DNA from: Hydrolagus affinis | Lineage: Eukaryota | Direction: 5' to 3' | Length of the DNA: 64,000 nt | Assembly (NCBI GenBank): GCA_012026655.1 | Contig: JAAILG010000005.1 | Span: forward strand, 1 to 64,000 | Position numbers and translations under genes: made by a program | Shown here: piece after piece, positions 36,961 through 49,819 of the stretch | How positions within the stretch are numbered: the first letter of the stretch is position 1 | Layout of the letters: the number at the start of each line of letters is the position of its first letter | The notes under the pieces: model-generated | Database searches by the model: none | Seen by the model: the letters and a program-made list of their open reading frames with translations, nothing else | What the model was told of the DNA's origin: nothing

Positions 36961-38400
36961 AGGACTGATGAACTTTTTTTTAAAAAAAATTGTTGCTCAT
37001 AGCTTTTTTCTCTGACACACTGGGGTTAGTAAATCGCGGCTACAGCAAGAGTAGGGGGCATGACAATTGTAAGGTCCCCTAAGCTCCAGGGGAAAATCAG
37101 CAAGAGATTGCAATGCTGATCGTCATCCAGTGACTGCAGTTGGAGGTTTATGTGTGGAGAGACGACCAGGCTCAGCAATAATGACCCCACAGTCAAAACA
37201 GCTCGTCAACATTCGCTGTCAAGAATCCCAGCTGGATAATAGCCTCACAAGTCAAGTTCCAGAGGGTATCTGGTGCCTGTGGAATCACATCCCCAGCAAA
37301 AGGAAAAAGAGTGCCAACAACAGCTGCAGGAGTGGATGGAAGGAAATCCAGAAGAAATAAAAACCTTCTGTGATTGTTCCTCAATGAGACAGAAAGTTAC
37401 TCCGATTCATTCAACTCACCTTTTCCCTACTCTAATCAGAATGCTGTGCAGTCTTTTTATACTGGATTGAGTGCTCTAAGGTTTAAAGACTGGAAGAATT
37501 TTTTTTAAGTCCTAGTAATGACTGGTATTACAAAATCGCAATCAGTGTGAAAGGATGCAGCCTGTTGGGACTGAAAAAAAACTAATGTGGTGACCACATG
37601 CATTCTCATCTTCCTACTTGAAGATTATGATGAAAGATGTCGTGCTAAGAAGTTATGAAGATACAGAGACCACATACCAGCATTTAATCAGCAAACACAG
37701 CTTCCCACATTCAATAAACACAAGGCCCTTTCCACTTAGAAAACTTTAAGCAATGGAACAAGTCTGGTGACTTTGACAACTACATCTGTATTTCTTTGTA
37801 TGAATTTCTGCTCATATATATATATATCCAAATTCTACGGTTAAAATGTTTTTGATTTAAGTTCAAATATAGCTGAGAAAATATATGGAAGTGCTTACTG
37901 AAAGAAGAAATAGATCACAGATGACTTATAGGATCATGATGGGCTGCAGGGAAAAGGAACCAGTTAAGTTTCAGAGATCAAATCTGCCACACGTATTGAA
38001 CTAAACCTAATTCAGCCTCCCTTAAAGTGGTCTTTGCATAAAAATGCTCTTGTAACGTTCTTGTTGAAGACTGACTGAAACAAACTGAAAGATTGACTAG
38101 ACCTGGTGGACTTGGTCTGCTCTCTCATCATCTTTTTAATATTTAACATAATATCTCCAAGTTATGACAGAGCCTAAAGAAGACGGGTGATGGTGGGATG
38201 GGGGGGGTGGGGAGGGGGGAAATAGACAGTATTCTCTTCTGCTTGTTTGCTAACATGGATAGCAAACTAAGACTGTTAGCAAACAAGTGTAATTAGCATC
38301 ATCTTTGCATTAATGTAACTTGTTTTTGGGGGGGTCAGGCAGGTATCTGACATATGGAGAAACCCATCAAAATACTTAAGAACAAACATTCGAACCAAAT

Positions 38401-38500
38401 AAAAACAAAGTTGCTGGGGAAACTCAGCAGGTCAAACAGCATCCATGGAGAAAGGAAAAAGAGTCAACGTTTCGGGTCTACAACCCTTTGTCAGGACTGA
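38401..38500 (-). mobile_element. Penelope-derived short repeat containing a minimal hammerhead ribozyme fold
   Basis: Minus strand reads AGTC-CTGACAA-A-GGGT tgtag ACCC-GAAA-CGTT-GACT. Related copies at 42430-42530 and 58185-58400. Confidence 0.75.
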
Positions 38501-41500
38501 CCAAATGGAGGTCCACACATCTCACGTACAGATGGAAATGCCAAATCTGTTTATTGGAATGGAATGCACAGACTTTCCCTGGAGGAATGCATCCTGATTA
38601 CCTGATTCCAAAATTATTAGACACAGTTTGACAAGAGCCAAGGCTTTGGGAACCCCGGAGCTGGAAGTTGGGATACTGCTGGAGTCTAACCAGCTAAAAC
38701 CACATAGCTTGCTATTGATAGCACTGCCCAGCACGATTTTCCGCAACTTGTCCAGTTACAGTGTTCTGGTTCCCTATTCAGTGACCATGCTTGAAGAAGC
38801 ATGTGTGAGAAACAGATTGTCATTGAGAACTGGATTGGCTGTGACGCCCCTACTGTTTAACTGCTAAAAATAGTTATGTAGAAATAACAGCAAAGAAGCC
38901 AACACAGCCTCTTATGATACCACTGGAGGTTCTGTAATTACTTTAATCTCAATCCCCTTCTCACTCTCTGTATCTTGTTATATTGCTCCTATTCAACTAT
39001 TATTCAATTCCCTTTAAATGTTGTTATGGTCCCAGCCTAAGCAGATATGTGTAGGAAAGATTTCCTTGTTCTAACTACCTTTTGCATGCATTCGAATTAT
39101 TTTACGAAACAAACATCTTTGATCACAAAGAAAAAAAAGACTAGATTAAGAAAACAGTAATGGCAAAGTTACTTTTGACTACAGGTACAACCAATTTTCC
39201 GAATTCTCCCATTGTGCTATTTCGTAGCTCAAAGCACGATGTGTACTGTACAATGATAAGTCAAGACAAATTCAAATATATTATGCAGATAAATAGGCTC
39301 CCGTATTAACCATATGAACTGACATGGTTCATTGCTTGGGATATGAACAATTCCTGGAGTATGGGTTTCAATAGATTTACCAGTTCCATGCTGGTGAGTG
39401 GAAAAAGTCTGGTAACAATATGGATCTAATGGGTACAATCAGAAAAAAATGTGCAACAGCAAATTCCACTAAAAGTTCTGTAAAGTTACTATTTCCATAA
39501 TAAGAGACCGTGTTTATACCCTGACATTGCGGTCGCTTGCTAATTTGATGAGCAGAGATTTGAGGAAAAAAGGAAGCAAGCATTTTGTCATAAGATGTAG
39601 TTATATTTTTTTAAAAAAGAGATGGATAATCCCATTTAAGTTTCACGACATTTTTCTCTCAAACATGTGGCTTTGCTTGAATGTCTTCCTTCCCTTTATC
39701 TCTCTTCTGAAACAATGAACTCTGACTAGGATAACAGTCCATGAGTTGATGATCATCCTACAGTACTTTATCTAAGTGCATGTTTAGTCCCACCACCCAC
39801 TCCCTTCTCCCTCACTTCTTTCAAGTTTTTGACTGCACTTTTGGTCACTTTCTCCTCACCACTCTCCTCAGCTCCCACTCCCAGCTTGGGTGCCAAAGTC
39901 AGAATTGTTAAGCGCTTTGGGAGTCTTCCAAATATAAAAGGTGCTTTATGAAACATCAATTTGTATTGTATTTTATTATTATTATTTCTATAATAAATCT
40001 GTGAAACATCAACCTGCTGCATCCCACGTGTTTGCTACATATGTGCTCACTTGGGTAATGCTCACTGATTTACTGTTTTATATGCGCTATCGTGATCCTA
40101 GCTCATACTCCGCCACCATCCTAGCTCTGCTTGCGATTGGAATTTGTAGCCTGTGGGTCCTGCACATCCAATGTGCGACAGAAGCACTTCTACTCCTGTT
40201 GTTTCATTTACACAAGCAAATGGGATTCAAGCCTCACAAATTTCAGTGCTCATAAACTGGAGCCTTTCCTTGATATTCAATCTGACTGACTGCCGTTACA
40301 TTGGTACTCTGTGCAGGGGAGAGGTTTTGAAATAAGGGCAGAAGGCTGCCAGGTAGTTATTCAATTTTTGGCCCTCTTCCCAGATCATGAGGGTTAATAC
40401 TCCCTAGTGTAAAACTGAGCCATTCAATCCCTGATATGTGCTGAGTTAGCTGATTTCAATTAGCCCCAGCCCACCCCACACCCCCCCCTCCACAAAACAT
40501 GCACACACACATACCCTTCATTCAGGCTAGGGAAGGAGAGAGAGAAAAAAAAACAGTCTGGATTCTCACTCCTGATCACTATCCATGATACTTGTTGAAA
40601 AGTGCACTTACATGGACACTGAGGTCTGGAATTTCGCCTGATCTTAGCCTTAAGAGTATCATCCTAAAATTTAATTTAATGCAGGATTCTGGAAAATGCT
40701 TAAATTCAATTCTGAAACTTAGGTTGCAAATGAAGAGTAGCAGCCTGGTAGAAGTATCATCATCCATGGAATGATACCCCCTGTGAGAATTGGCAGCATC
40801 TTCAGGAGAAGAGAAGTCAAATTGCAAAAAAAATGAATGGCTATTGAAAAGACAGAAATTTCTTCAGGTCTTGTTAAGAAGCATGGAAAAACATTTTTTT
40901 TGCTAAAATATCTGCACAACATTATGCTGCTTGAAGACAAGGACCTAATGCTAACGCCAGGTAGAATTGATAGCAGGATCTTCCTCAGCTATGATGGCCT
41001 CACAAAATCACCTTAGCATCTCCATAGCCAATGTCATCCAGCACAGGCTCATGTGTGAAACATGACCATTTAGGAGTGTTCCTAAAGGGTATTAGAGTGC
41101 AACAGTAACTCTGGATGAACCAGAGAGAGGTGGAGAAATATGAAAAGAGCAAACAAAGCCTCTTTTTCTTAAAAGAAAATGGTTACATATGGAATTTTCC
41201 CACAGCAATGGAAGGGTTGCTCGAGCAACAGAGCATGCCAGTCTGCCTTCTTGTGCTAGTTTGTTAGATGACACTTCTATTTGAAATTCTCCTTCAGTGT
41301 CCATACACAGCTTGTATGTCTGACACGGTTTGGGGAACTTGCTGCATTCCTTTATAAATCATGTACGAGAATGGCGGGCTGGGAGTGATTATAAGGCAGT
41401 AATCTAATCAAGAGGTTCAGATGACATCATTGAAAACCCAAGGATTAGAGCATAGCCTCGAAATCTGTTATTGTTTATATCATACACGGTTTCAATTTTA

Positions 41501-42539
41501 GATAGGGTTTTAATTCTGGTGTGTTGCCGGGTTTTTTACCAGAAGGACCCAGCGTTGCCGATGCTAATGCTCAGTCACAGTGGCATCATTCCTGAAGGCT
41601 CACTGTAAAAATAGCCAGTATTTTGTTCAACAGGAAACTGCATATTACAGATAGATTTATCAGATCTGCCTAGCAATCACGCCCAGCTATTCATTATTCT
41701 GAGCAATTTATTAAGGGATTAACATTTGTAGTTTGACCTGATGATGTTTGCTTTTACAGAAGAAAAATATCAGAGCTCATCTTCCATGTAACCCCCCGGA
41801 GGACTCAGCAAACACTGCCCCAGTGGGAAACAGATTCAATCAGGTCACAACCCCCAGTCCGTGCTGACTTAACTGATTACTGGTGGGACAGGAGCAGGAG
41901 GTGCTGTAATTGACCTCAGTAGCCCTGGGTTTGGTTGATGTTTGGGGGTGGAATGATGCTGTCCAATGATGCATGCTGGATTAGTACACCTGACCGAGTT
42001 TGCATGGGGTTAGGGCAGTGCTGTCATTTAAAGGTAGGGCTGAACAGGCTACTTAACACTTAGAAGTGGGTGAGGAGTTGTGATGTAGAATGCACTTCAT
42101 TAGTTAAACTAAGCATTTCCTTCCTGGTTTAGCATGAATTTCTCATGTGAGATAAGGAGAGAATGTGCCTTTGATAGCACATATAGATAAAGATAGAAAT
42201 GGGTAACGCAAGCATCTCATTTAGTTTGGATTGCAGGATTCCCAATTAGCAAGCCGAGTGGGTCTTTAGATTGGAAGCAAATATTTTTTCCCCAGGAAGT
42301 CGTGCTTATTTGGAGCAGAGTACTAGATAACGTGTGCTTTGCGATGTTAAAGAATGTCTTTAGCAAAACACTGTTTGGGAATGGGATAGAGAACTATTAG
42401 GAACAAATACGGACAAAAAGATAACTAAATAAAAACGTATATCGCTGGGAACACTCAGCAGGTCAGGGAGCAGCTATGGAGAAAGGAAAGTGACACAACA
42501 TTTCGGTTCCACGACCCAAAACTGGTCAAAGATGTATAA

Positions 42540-42686
42540 AATAATAATAATCCTTGCAATTGATACAGCACTTTTCACGTTTTTTTTAGATGTCACAAAG
42601 CGCATCACAGAATATGCTGTAAATTGAATTGACTGTATATATGTGGGTGAAATGTGGCAGCCAATTGCGCTCAGCAGTGTCCCAAA
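42540..42686 (-). mobile_element. Young SINE, 3' half
   Basis: Same family tail and body. Confidence 0.85.
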
Positions 42687-45229
42687 ATGAGATGTTAGAA
42701 CCATAGAAATTTACAGAACAGAAAAAAGACATTCAGCTCATTGTTGCAATTGTGTTCAAAAGTTTTGTTTGATTTAACTGTGGTCAGAGCAGGTGCACTG
42801 TCCCAGAGGCCAGAGATGAAGAATAAGCTAACAAAAAAACGAGAGACAGTTAGAAAGCAGAGGAGTTAATAGATGGAGAAAATGCAGGGAAAAGAGTTTA
42901 ATACCTACTATGATCGAGTGATGGATCGATTGTCTTATTCCTGCTCTTAGGCTACTAAGAACCTTTACTCTCCAGATTTAATAGCAGATTGCAGTTCCTG
43001 AAGATTGGAATGTCCAAATTGGCCTGTGAAAGAAATAGGGTTAATGAGCAAAATTGCTTTTTCCTCTTCTTGTTGTTATTAGTACATTTTAAAAAGAAGG
43101 ACTGGGGTACTCATTCAATCTGTTAGGTCTTGATGTGTTTAAATGTAATTTTGTTGTTGTTGTTTAGTTTGGATTCCACTCAAGACACCACATGCAAATT
43201 TTAGCAGTCCAACTTTGGTCTAGGTGTGGAAATGGTGTTGGAGTGTTGTTAGAACAGAGAAATGCTTTGGAATACGGGAATGTGTAAGCGTGGAAAAGCT
43301 TGGTCAGTCCACCTGAGTGATCCTGAAGTGAAAAACTAAAAACACTTTTCAAGCAGATAATTTAAATTCACTTTTATCACACAACTGTGTTCCCACACGA
43401 GAAAGTGGGAGAGAGAATGATGTTTATAAAAAGGACATGAACTGTTTAGAGAAGTCACAGAAAAACAAAACAATAATCCCAGTTACAGCGAATCCTCCAT
43501 TTGAGCATACGTAGCTATAAGTAGGCACATGATCTGATTAAACTTTGATTTCTCTGCTCTCTAGCTCACAGATTCTTTCAAATAGTTTTGATTATACATG
43601 CAGTGGCATAACATTCAAACCCCTAAGAGTTAGCTTTATACTTATCCTTGCATTTGACAGTTAAACACATAATTACTCACAATGAATGCACACTTTGAAT
43701 CTTTTAAATAAAACAGATGTGGAATGAAGAGGTTGTGACACCAATGAACTTTCCTCACTGATATTATTCACTGTAGAAGAATAAAAATGTCAGTGGGTAT
43801 ACGAGTAACCTCCAGTTATGTTTTCTAAAGATCCAAATGCAATACAAACTATCTCAAATCAATAAGTCTTCCAGAGGCCGTGAACCTGAGGCATATAAAT
43901 TCCCATACTTCACTAACCAGTCGAGCTTACAAATGTGTTTGCATGAGTTAATGGGGCCCTCTTACAATGACAGTTAGGGCAGATGTGGGAGTCTAATGAG
44001 TTAATACATTTCTTGTAACAAGTTAGGAAATTACTGTTTTACCAGGGACCCCATCAGTTTGAGGAATGTGCCTGCGCTGTTATACTTGGGCAGGAGGTAT
44101 GTTAGCCTGTGTGGGTGTGAAACGAGCAGAGAAGTAAATAAGAACTGAAAAAATGTGTTGAAATTGACAACAGATTATTGATTGTTTTCTAATTTTTGTG
44201 AAGTCCTCCCCCCACTCCACTCAGTAGAATTCTTTTGTGATAATTTTTTTTAAATCATACGTACTCAAAAAATTATTTAAAAAATATAATATCTAACTTT
44301 AGAGAGGTTTTGGTTCTGCGGTTTGCTGTGTCCCACAACTCTATACTTGATCCATTATCTTAATGCTCCCCCATGGTGACACCCAGCACTACTTTGTTTT
44401 AACCACTACCTCAACTCCAAGACCATACATATACTGTGTATCCTGTGAAGCGCTTTGAGACATCTAGAAGATGTGATAAGGCGCTATATCAAATTCAAGG
44501 ATTATTATTGTCATAAATGTTCTTCACCTGCACATCAACAAAACTGGAATTATTCCGCCCGGATCCCACCCCCCCACCCCACATGTCTCTCTCTCCCAGC
44601 TCATCCCCCCAGACTCAGTCTATGTAAGGTGCTACATAAATGCAAATTTTTGTTGCTGGTTTCTTCAAGTGCATCAAAGATCCAGTGTGTTCTTTCTATA
44701 CAATACTGAACAAGCCTAGTTGTAAAGAACCCACGGATCCCTCCTGCTGAGTTTGTTAATAAGCTTGATAAGAGGCCACATGAGTTTATTTGTTTTGGAG
44801 TGAAGGAAGACAGGCAAAGGGCAAACACGACATACATTACAAACTGGATAATGCAACGTGCACCAGTGATTATGGAAACGGGAGCACATTTCTGTAAACC
44901 CTTCTCAAAGCAACTGTGTCTGTTGCAATTGTATGATCAAGAATTAATAGTGTTAACAGGGAGGACTGGTTCATTATGATAAAGTGATTTCAATTTTATA
45001 ATAAATATACTGCCTCCATCTGCAAACTTGTAGAAATCTCTCCTGGTTTGAATCTGGTTACAACCCAAGCTTATTACAGTTAATTGCATACAGCCTCCGC
45101 TCCAGCACTGTTGTAAAAATCCCAAACATCCTTTCCCATTTTACTAATCCAGTTGAAGGTAACAACACAAACTACAACAACTTGAATGCCTTTCATGCAG
45201 GGAAGCTTCTCAGATTGCTTAACAGTGGC

Positions 45230-45450
45230 AGAGACTGACACTGAGCTGTGGGGAAGGGGGTGAGAGGTTTCAGGGAGTGGTGGCCGAACGCAAGGCCAAG
45301 GATGGTGGATTAGAGGGCATGGGGGATAAGCAGGAGGCTGGAGCCAGCCAAGTAGAGGCAGCAAGTAGTGGAATGGGGAGTAAGCAGGTTGGAGAGGTAG
45401 GGAAATGCCAGGGCATGAAGGGATTTGTAGTCAAGCTTGAGGATCTCCTA
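45230..45450 (-). mobile_element. Degraded L2 3' fragment
   Basis: Reverse complement resembles the 24470-24720 L2 segment. Confidence 0.55.
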
Positions 45451-45773
45451 TAATAATAATAATAATAATAATAATCCTTGTATTTGATACAGCGCTTTTC
45501 ACGTCTTCTAGACGTCTTAAAGCACTTCACAGAATATACTGTAAAGTGAACTGACTGTATATTTGTAGGCGAAACGTAGCAGCCAATTGCACTCAGCAGT
45601 GTCCCACAACCAGTCGTGGATTGAAATGACCAATTTATAATAGTTTTTTTTGACGGATTATTATTAGGCGTGTGGAGTAAGGAAACTTGTCCAAGGTTTC
45701 GCCCTGCCTGGATTCAAACAAAGGTCTCACACTTGTAAGGTGAGTGCTCTTAACCACTGAGCTACAGGACTCC
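45451..45773 (-). mobile_element. Young tRNA-derived SINE, full length with (TTA)n tail
   Basis: Same family; long TAA run at 45451-45474. Confidence 0.92.
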
Positions 45774-48184
45774 ACAGGCTAACATACCTCCTGCCCAATT
45801 TTGAATTCAACCCATTCTGTGAATCTGGCAACAACTATATCCATATTGTTATTAATAAAAAAAAATAGAAAATGGTTAACTGCCATTTGATTTCACACTT
45901 AAAAGTCCCAGTGGCAAAACAGGCATTTCTGACTGAGTGACCGAGCCAAAGATTACAGTTGCAGTTGAAATTCAAGCCCACTGTAATCATTACAGCAGCA
46001 GTGTTGTTTGGTTGGGGGGGGGGGGAGAGTGGGGAGACCTTTATAAGCGTGTGATGAAGAAGGCTGCCGTCGCAATTGGAAACTTTGGTGATGGACTTGT
46101 ATTTCCAATGTCCTCTTCCCAATGTGCAGTTCAACTGCTTTGTTTACAGTCAAGAATTTCTGTTTTGCACAACGGAAATTCCTGATGACACTGGGGTTTT
46201 AAAGGCCATGTGTCATCAGGAGTTTGTGGCTGGGAGCCAGAATCTCATGTTCACAGAAATTAATTACATGCCGATGTGGCTGCTCAGAGAGCAGTCAGTT
46301 TACTAACACACTGTCAGAGTTACCAGCAGGGCTGACACACAAGAGTCCACCAGAGGTTTTATGTTCTGAGTCACTTCAAAGGTTTTTCTTTTTTTTTAAC
46401 AAAAAAATGATTTTCATCTTCACGCAAACTCATTTGAAAGAGACACAAGAAAATCCTGCACTTTCAAATAACTATATAGAGGTGTCTGGAGGGGAGGTTC
46501 AATGTAAAATCAACGGGACCCATCCTTATTCGGGTGCCTTTAATGTTGTTAAACTGGTTGCTTTGGGAGCCTGGACCTGAAGTTTTCAGAGATCCTTAGT
46601 TTGTGGATGGGATGATGGGGTTCCGGACAACATGGTCAGAGGTTCTTCACCAGTAACAACATTTGCAACGTATGCACACCCACCACTAAGTGACGCAAAT
46701 CAACAATCGTGTTGACAATTCTTCTACTAAAAAAGGGTCGCTGATGCAAAGTGATGCATTTAGGGCAATCCGTCAGGGTACGAGTTGAGCCATCTTCAGG
46801 TGCGGGTGGTAAAGGGGAATCCCATTGCCATGCAGAATGGTACATCCAAACCAGACTGAAAGTGCCATGCCTCCATATGACTACGTGACTCAGGACTGCA
46901 CACTTACACACTGCAGCATCACAGGAGCGACGAAAGTCAACGTTTAGAAATCGAGGGAAACCCACCTGACTAGTGCGACGCAAAAGGGTTGGTTGCTTGC
47001 CTTCCACAATCGGTGATGGTGAACCGCCAACCTGTCCTGAGGAATGCTTTTGCCATCCCTCAAGCAGTCACTAGGTGGTGTACCAGCACCAGCCAGAGTT
47101 ACCTGTCCACAGTCCTCACCTTCCTCCTTGTTGCCATTCAATACCTCTCTCCACAGTGACCCAGGTGAGGCGAGGAACTCACTTTGCTTGAAACCAGCAC
47201 TTCAGATCCATGTGGTATCACACCCTCCCCCCACCCCCGCCAATCATACACATCATATTGGAGAACTAACCCGTTATACTGTGTTATCAGCCTTTCCATA
47301 GACATCATTTTTCATATTGACTGGTGCTTTTTGTGCCTTTCACATAAAGTAATGTTTCACGGGACTTTACTGAGGTGGAGATGGCAAGATGAGAAGGGAG
47401 AGAGTTGATTGAGGGGCACAATCAAAGAGGCATGTCTACACCTAATGTGCAACTGCAGTAACTGAACTCTGCCACAGAGAATTTATAACAAAACCACTTC
47501 TCCAAGTAGTTTGCTGAATTGCGTGAACTGCACGTTTTTTTAAAAAAAAACACGCTTTGTAGCCTTTAAAAGCAGATTAGTCTTTTTTTAAAAAAAAATC
47601 CTTGTTCTAGGCTGATGCTGACTCAGCCAATCCAAGCCAGGGTGGTACTCACAGAGTGTTATAACTGACCTCAGTCCTGGATAGAAGAAGGAAAAATATG
47701 GTCACGTCTCCCACTCCTTGCTATTCACTGGCTTCTGTTGGAAAATGTGTGTCTGCATGTGTAGGTCAGGTTTTGATGTCCCTCCGTGATCAAACAGCCT
47801 AACGATAATCAGAGTCTGAGCACACGAGAACTAGGGAGAGTAAGATGAGCGATGTCCATTCAAATTAATGTCACAAGAGGAGATAAAATCATGCTTCGTG
47901 AAAACCTATTCCACTGCTAATCTTTCACTGCAGAGAGATTTCATTCGGGAAGTGCGGGCAAACTTATTTTTATTTTGTGGTTGACTTGAGGCTACAACTG
48001 GCCAACGTCAAAGTGTCGCTTCTTTCCCCTGACTCCCAGCGCTGTCAGCCTCCAGCGCAGTCTGATCACTTCTATTTGAAACGATCCTGAGATGGAATTC
48101 CGCAAATAGAGCCATTCAGACCAGCATATCTACCCTGGCTGTTTGAAAGAGCAAACACTCCATTTACCTCCTTTTTCACCCATA

Positions 48185-48345
48185 CCTTGGCTGTGTGTGC
48201 GACATTGCTGTACGCAAATTGGCTGCTGCGTTTGTCCAAGCGATACACATCACTCCAATTTACAGTATATCCTGTGAGGCACTTTGACATCCTCCCGATG
48301 TGAAAGGCGCTATATCAAATGCAAGGATTATTATAATTATTAGTA
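48185..48345 (+). mobile_element. SINE 3' half inserted in CR1-like sequence
   Basis: GCAAATTGGCTGCTGCGTTT..GCGCTATATCAAATGCAAGGATTATT. Confidence 0.75.
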
Positions 48346-48569
48346 TTATTCCTGCAAATTACTCCTTGAAAGCTAATTCTGCCTCGGATTCTGCCTCGAC
48401 CATTGTAACCCGCAGGGCATTCCACATCCTTTCTGCGTAAAAAAAAAATTCTTCCTAATCTCTCCCTTTCATGCCTTGCTGTAATTATCTTAAAATAACG
48501 TAAATGGGGCAAAAAAAAAGTTATCATTAAAAAAAAGAAAATTGGAAAACAACCATCTGGGGGTGATAC

Positions 48570-48573
<4 letters not shown>

Positions 48574-48602
<29 letters not shown>
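48574..48602 (+). repeat. (GT)n microsatellite
   Basis: Directly visible. (CA)n also at about 51525-51556 and 62383-62406. Confidence 0.95.
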
Positions 48603-48605
<3 letters not shown>

Positions 48606-49489
48606 GGGGGGAAGTAATTGTCACTTTATAGGCTGCATTCAAAGGATATTTTCGAAATAAATATTTGTCCACAGAAGTAGATGAGTGTAAAGCATTTCCT
48701 GTTGAAAGGTATACTTAAAACAATTCCGTCTTAGTCCACATGCTTCTCCAGCAGTAACATCCTTCATGCAGTGATTGTGTGCATAAAGTGCTGAGAGATC
48801 CCACCCAGACATCTGTTTCCGATACAGATGTTGATCAGCTTCATAAAGAATATTTTGTGGCTGGCTATATTAGACGGAATGCTGCTGCAGTCAGCTAAGT
48901 TATCATTACCTCAGATTGGGTAAACATTCCACAGATTTTAAGCTTAATGAAAAACTCCAGACTCGAAGCCACTAAACTTAGACCTGCAGAGCCATTTTCA
49001 AAAGGTTGAAACTGTGCAAGGATTTTCTGCGACTTGCAGGGAGTGATTCGTTGCTTGTTGGTAAATTTATCGACCTTATAAGCTCGGACCACCCAACGAT
49101 TGTACATTCACTGACCAGAGGACAATAAATAACTCCCTTAATTCTTCCACAATGACCGTGTGTGCGCAGTAATTGTGAGCGGGATGTACTTTCAATTGGG
49201 GACTCGCAGATATTTACAGGACTTGCTGGGGCAAAAGTCACAACTTTTGTTTCCGCGAGTCTGGGGGCGTTCAGAATCATGGATCACTCGCACCTCTCTG
49301 CAAGTTTTCTCAGAATTGGTTTTCTCCTTGGATTATACAGCGTTGCAGCATTGAACCATCTAAATCATCCACATACGGAGCAGGTACAGGCTGACAATCG
49401 TGAAACTGAATGAGGTGCCATTCGGAATTGTGGTAATTCAGTGTCTACAACAGCATGCGTAGTGTTAGTCGGAGAGGCAGAAAGCAATA

Positions 49490-49819
49490 TTAATAATAAT
49501 AATAATCCTTGCATTTGATATAGCGCTTTTCACATCTTATCGATATCCCAAAGCGCTTCACAGGGTATACTGTAAAGTGAATTGACTGTATATATTTGTG
49601 GGCGAATCGTGGCAGCCAATTGCGCACAGCAGTGTCCCACAAACAGTCGTGGATTGAATGACCAATTTTTTTATTGTAGATTTTTTTTGGAGGGATTATT
49701 ATTAGCCGTGTGGAGTAAGGAAACTTGCCCAAGGTTTCACCCTGACCTGCCTGGACAGGTCTCCCCAGCTTGGTCTCCCCAACTTGCAAGACAAGTGCTC
49801 TAACAACTGAGCCACAGGA
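49490..49819 (-). mobile_element. Young tRNA-derived SINE
   Basis: Same family, with a small internal duplication (GGTCTCCCCA x2). Confidence 0.9.

Noticed and set aside
46745-46802. CTGAAGA-TGGC..GCC motif as a hammerhead (minus strand)
   Set aside because: The required GAAA is absent (CTAAA) and stems I and III are not evident.
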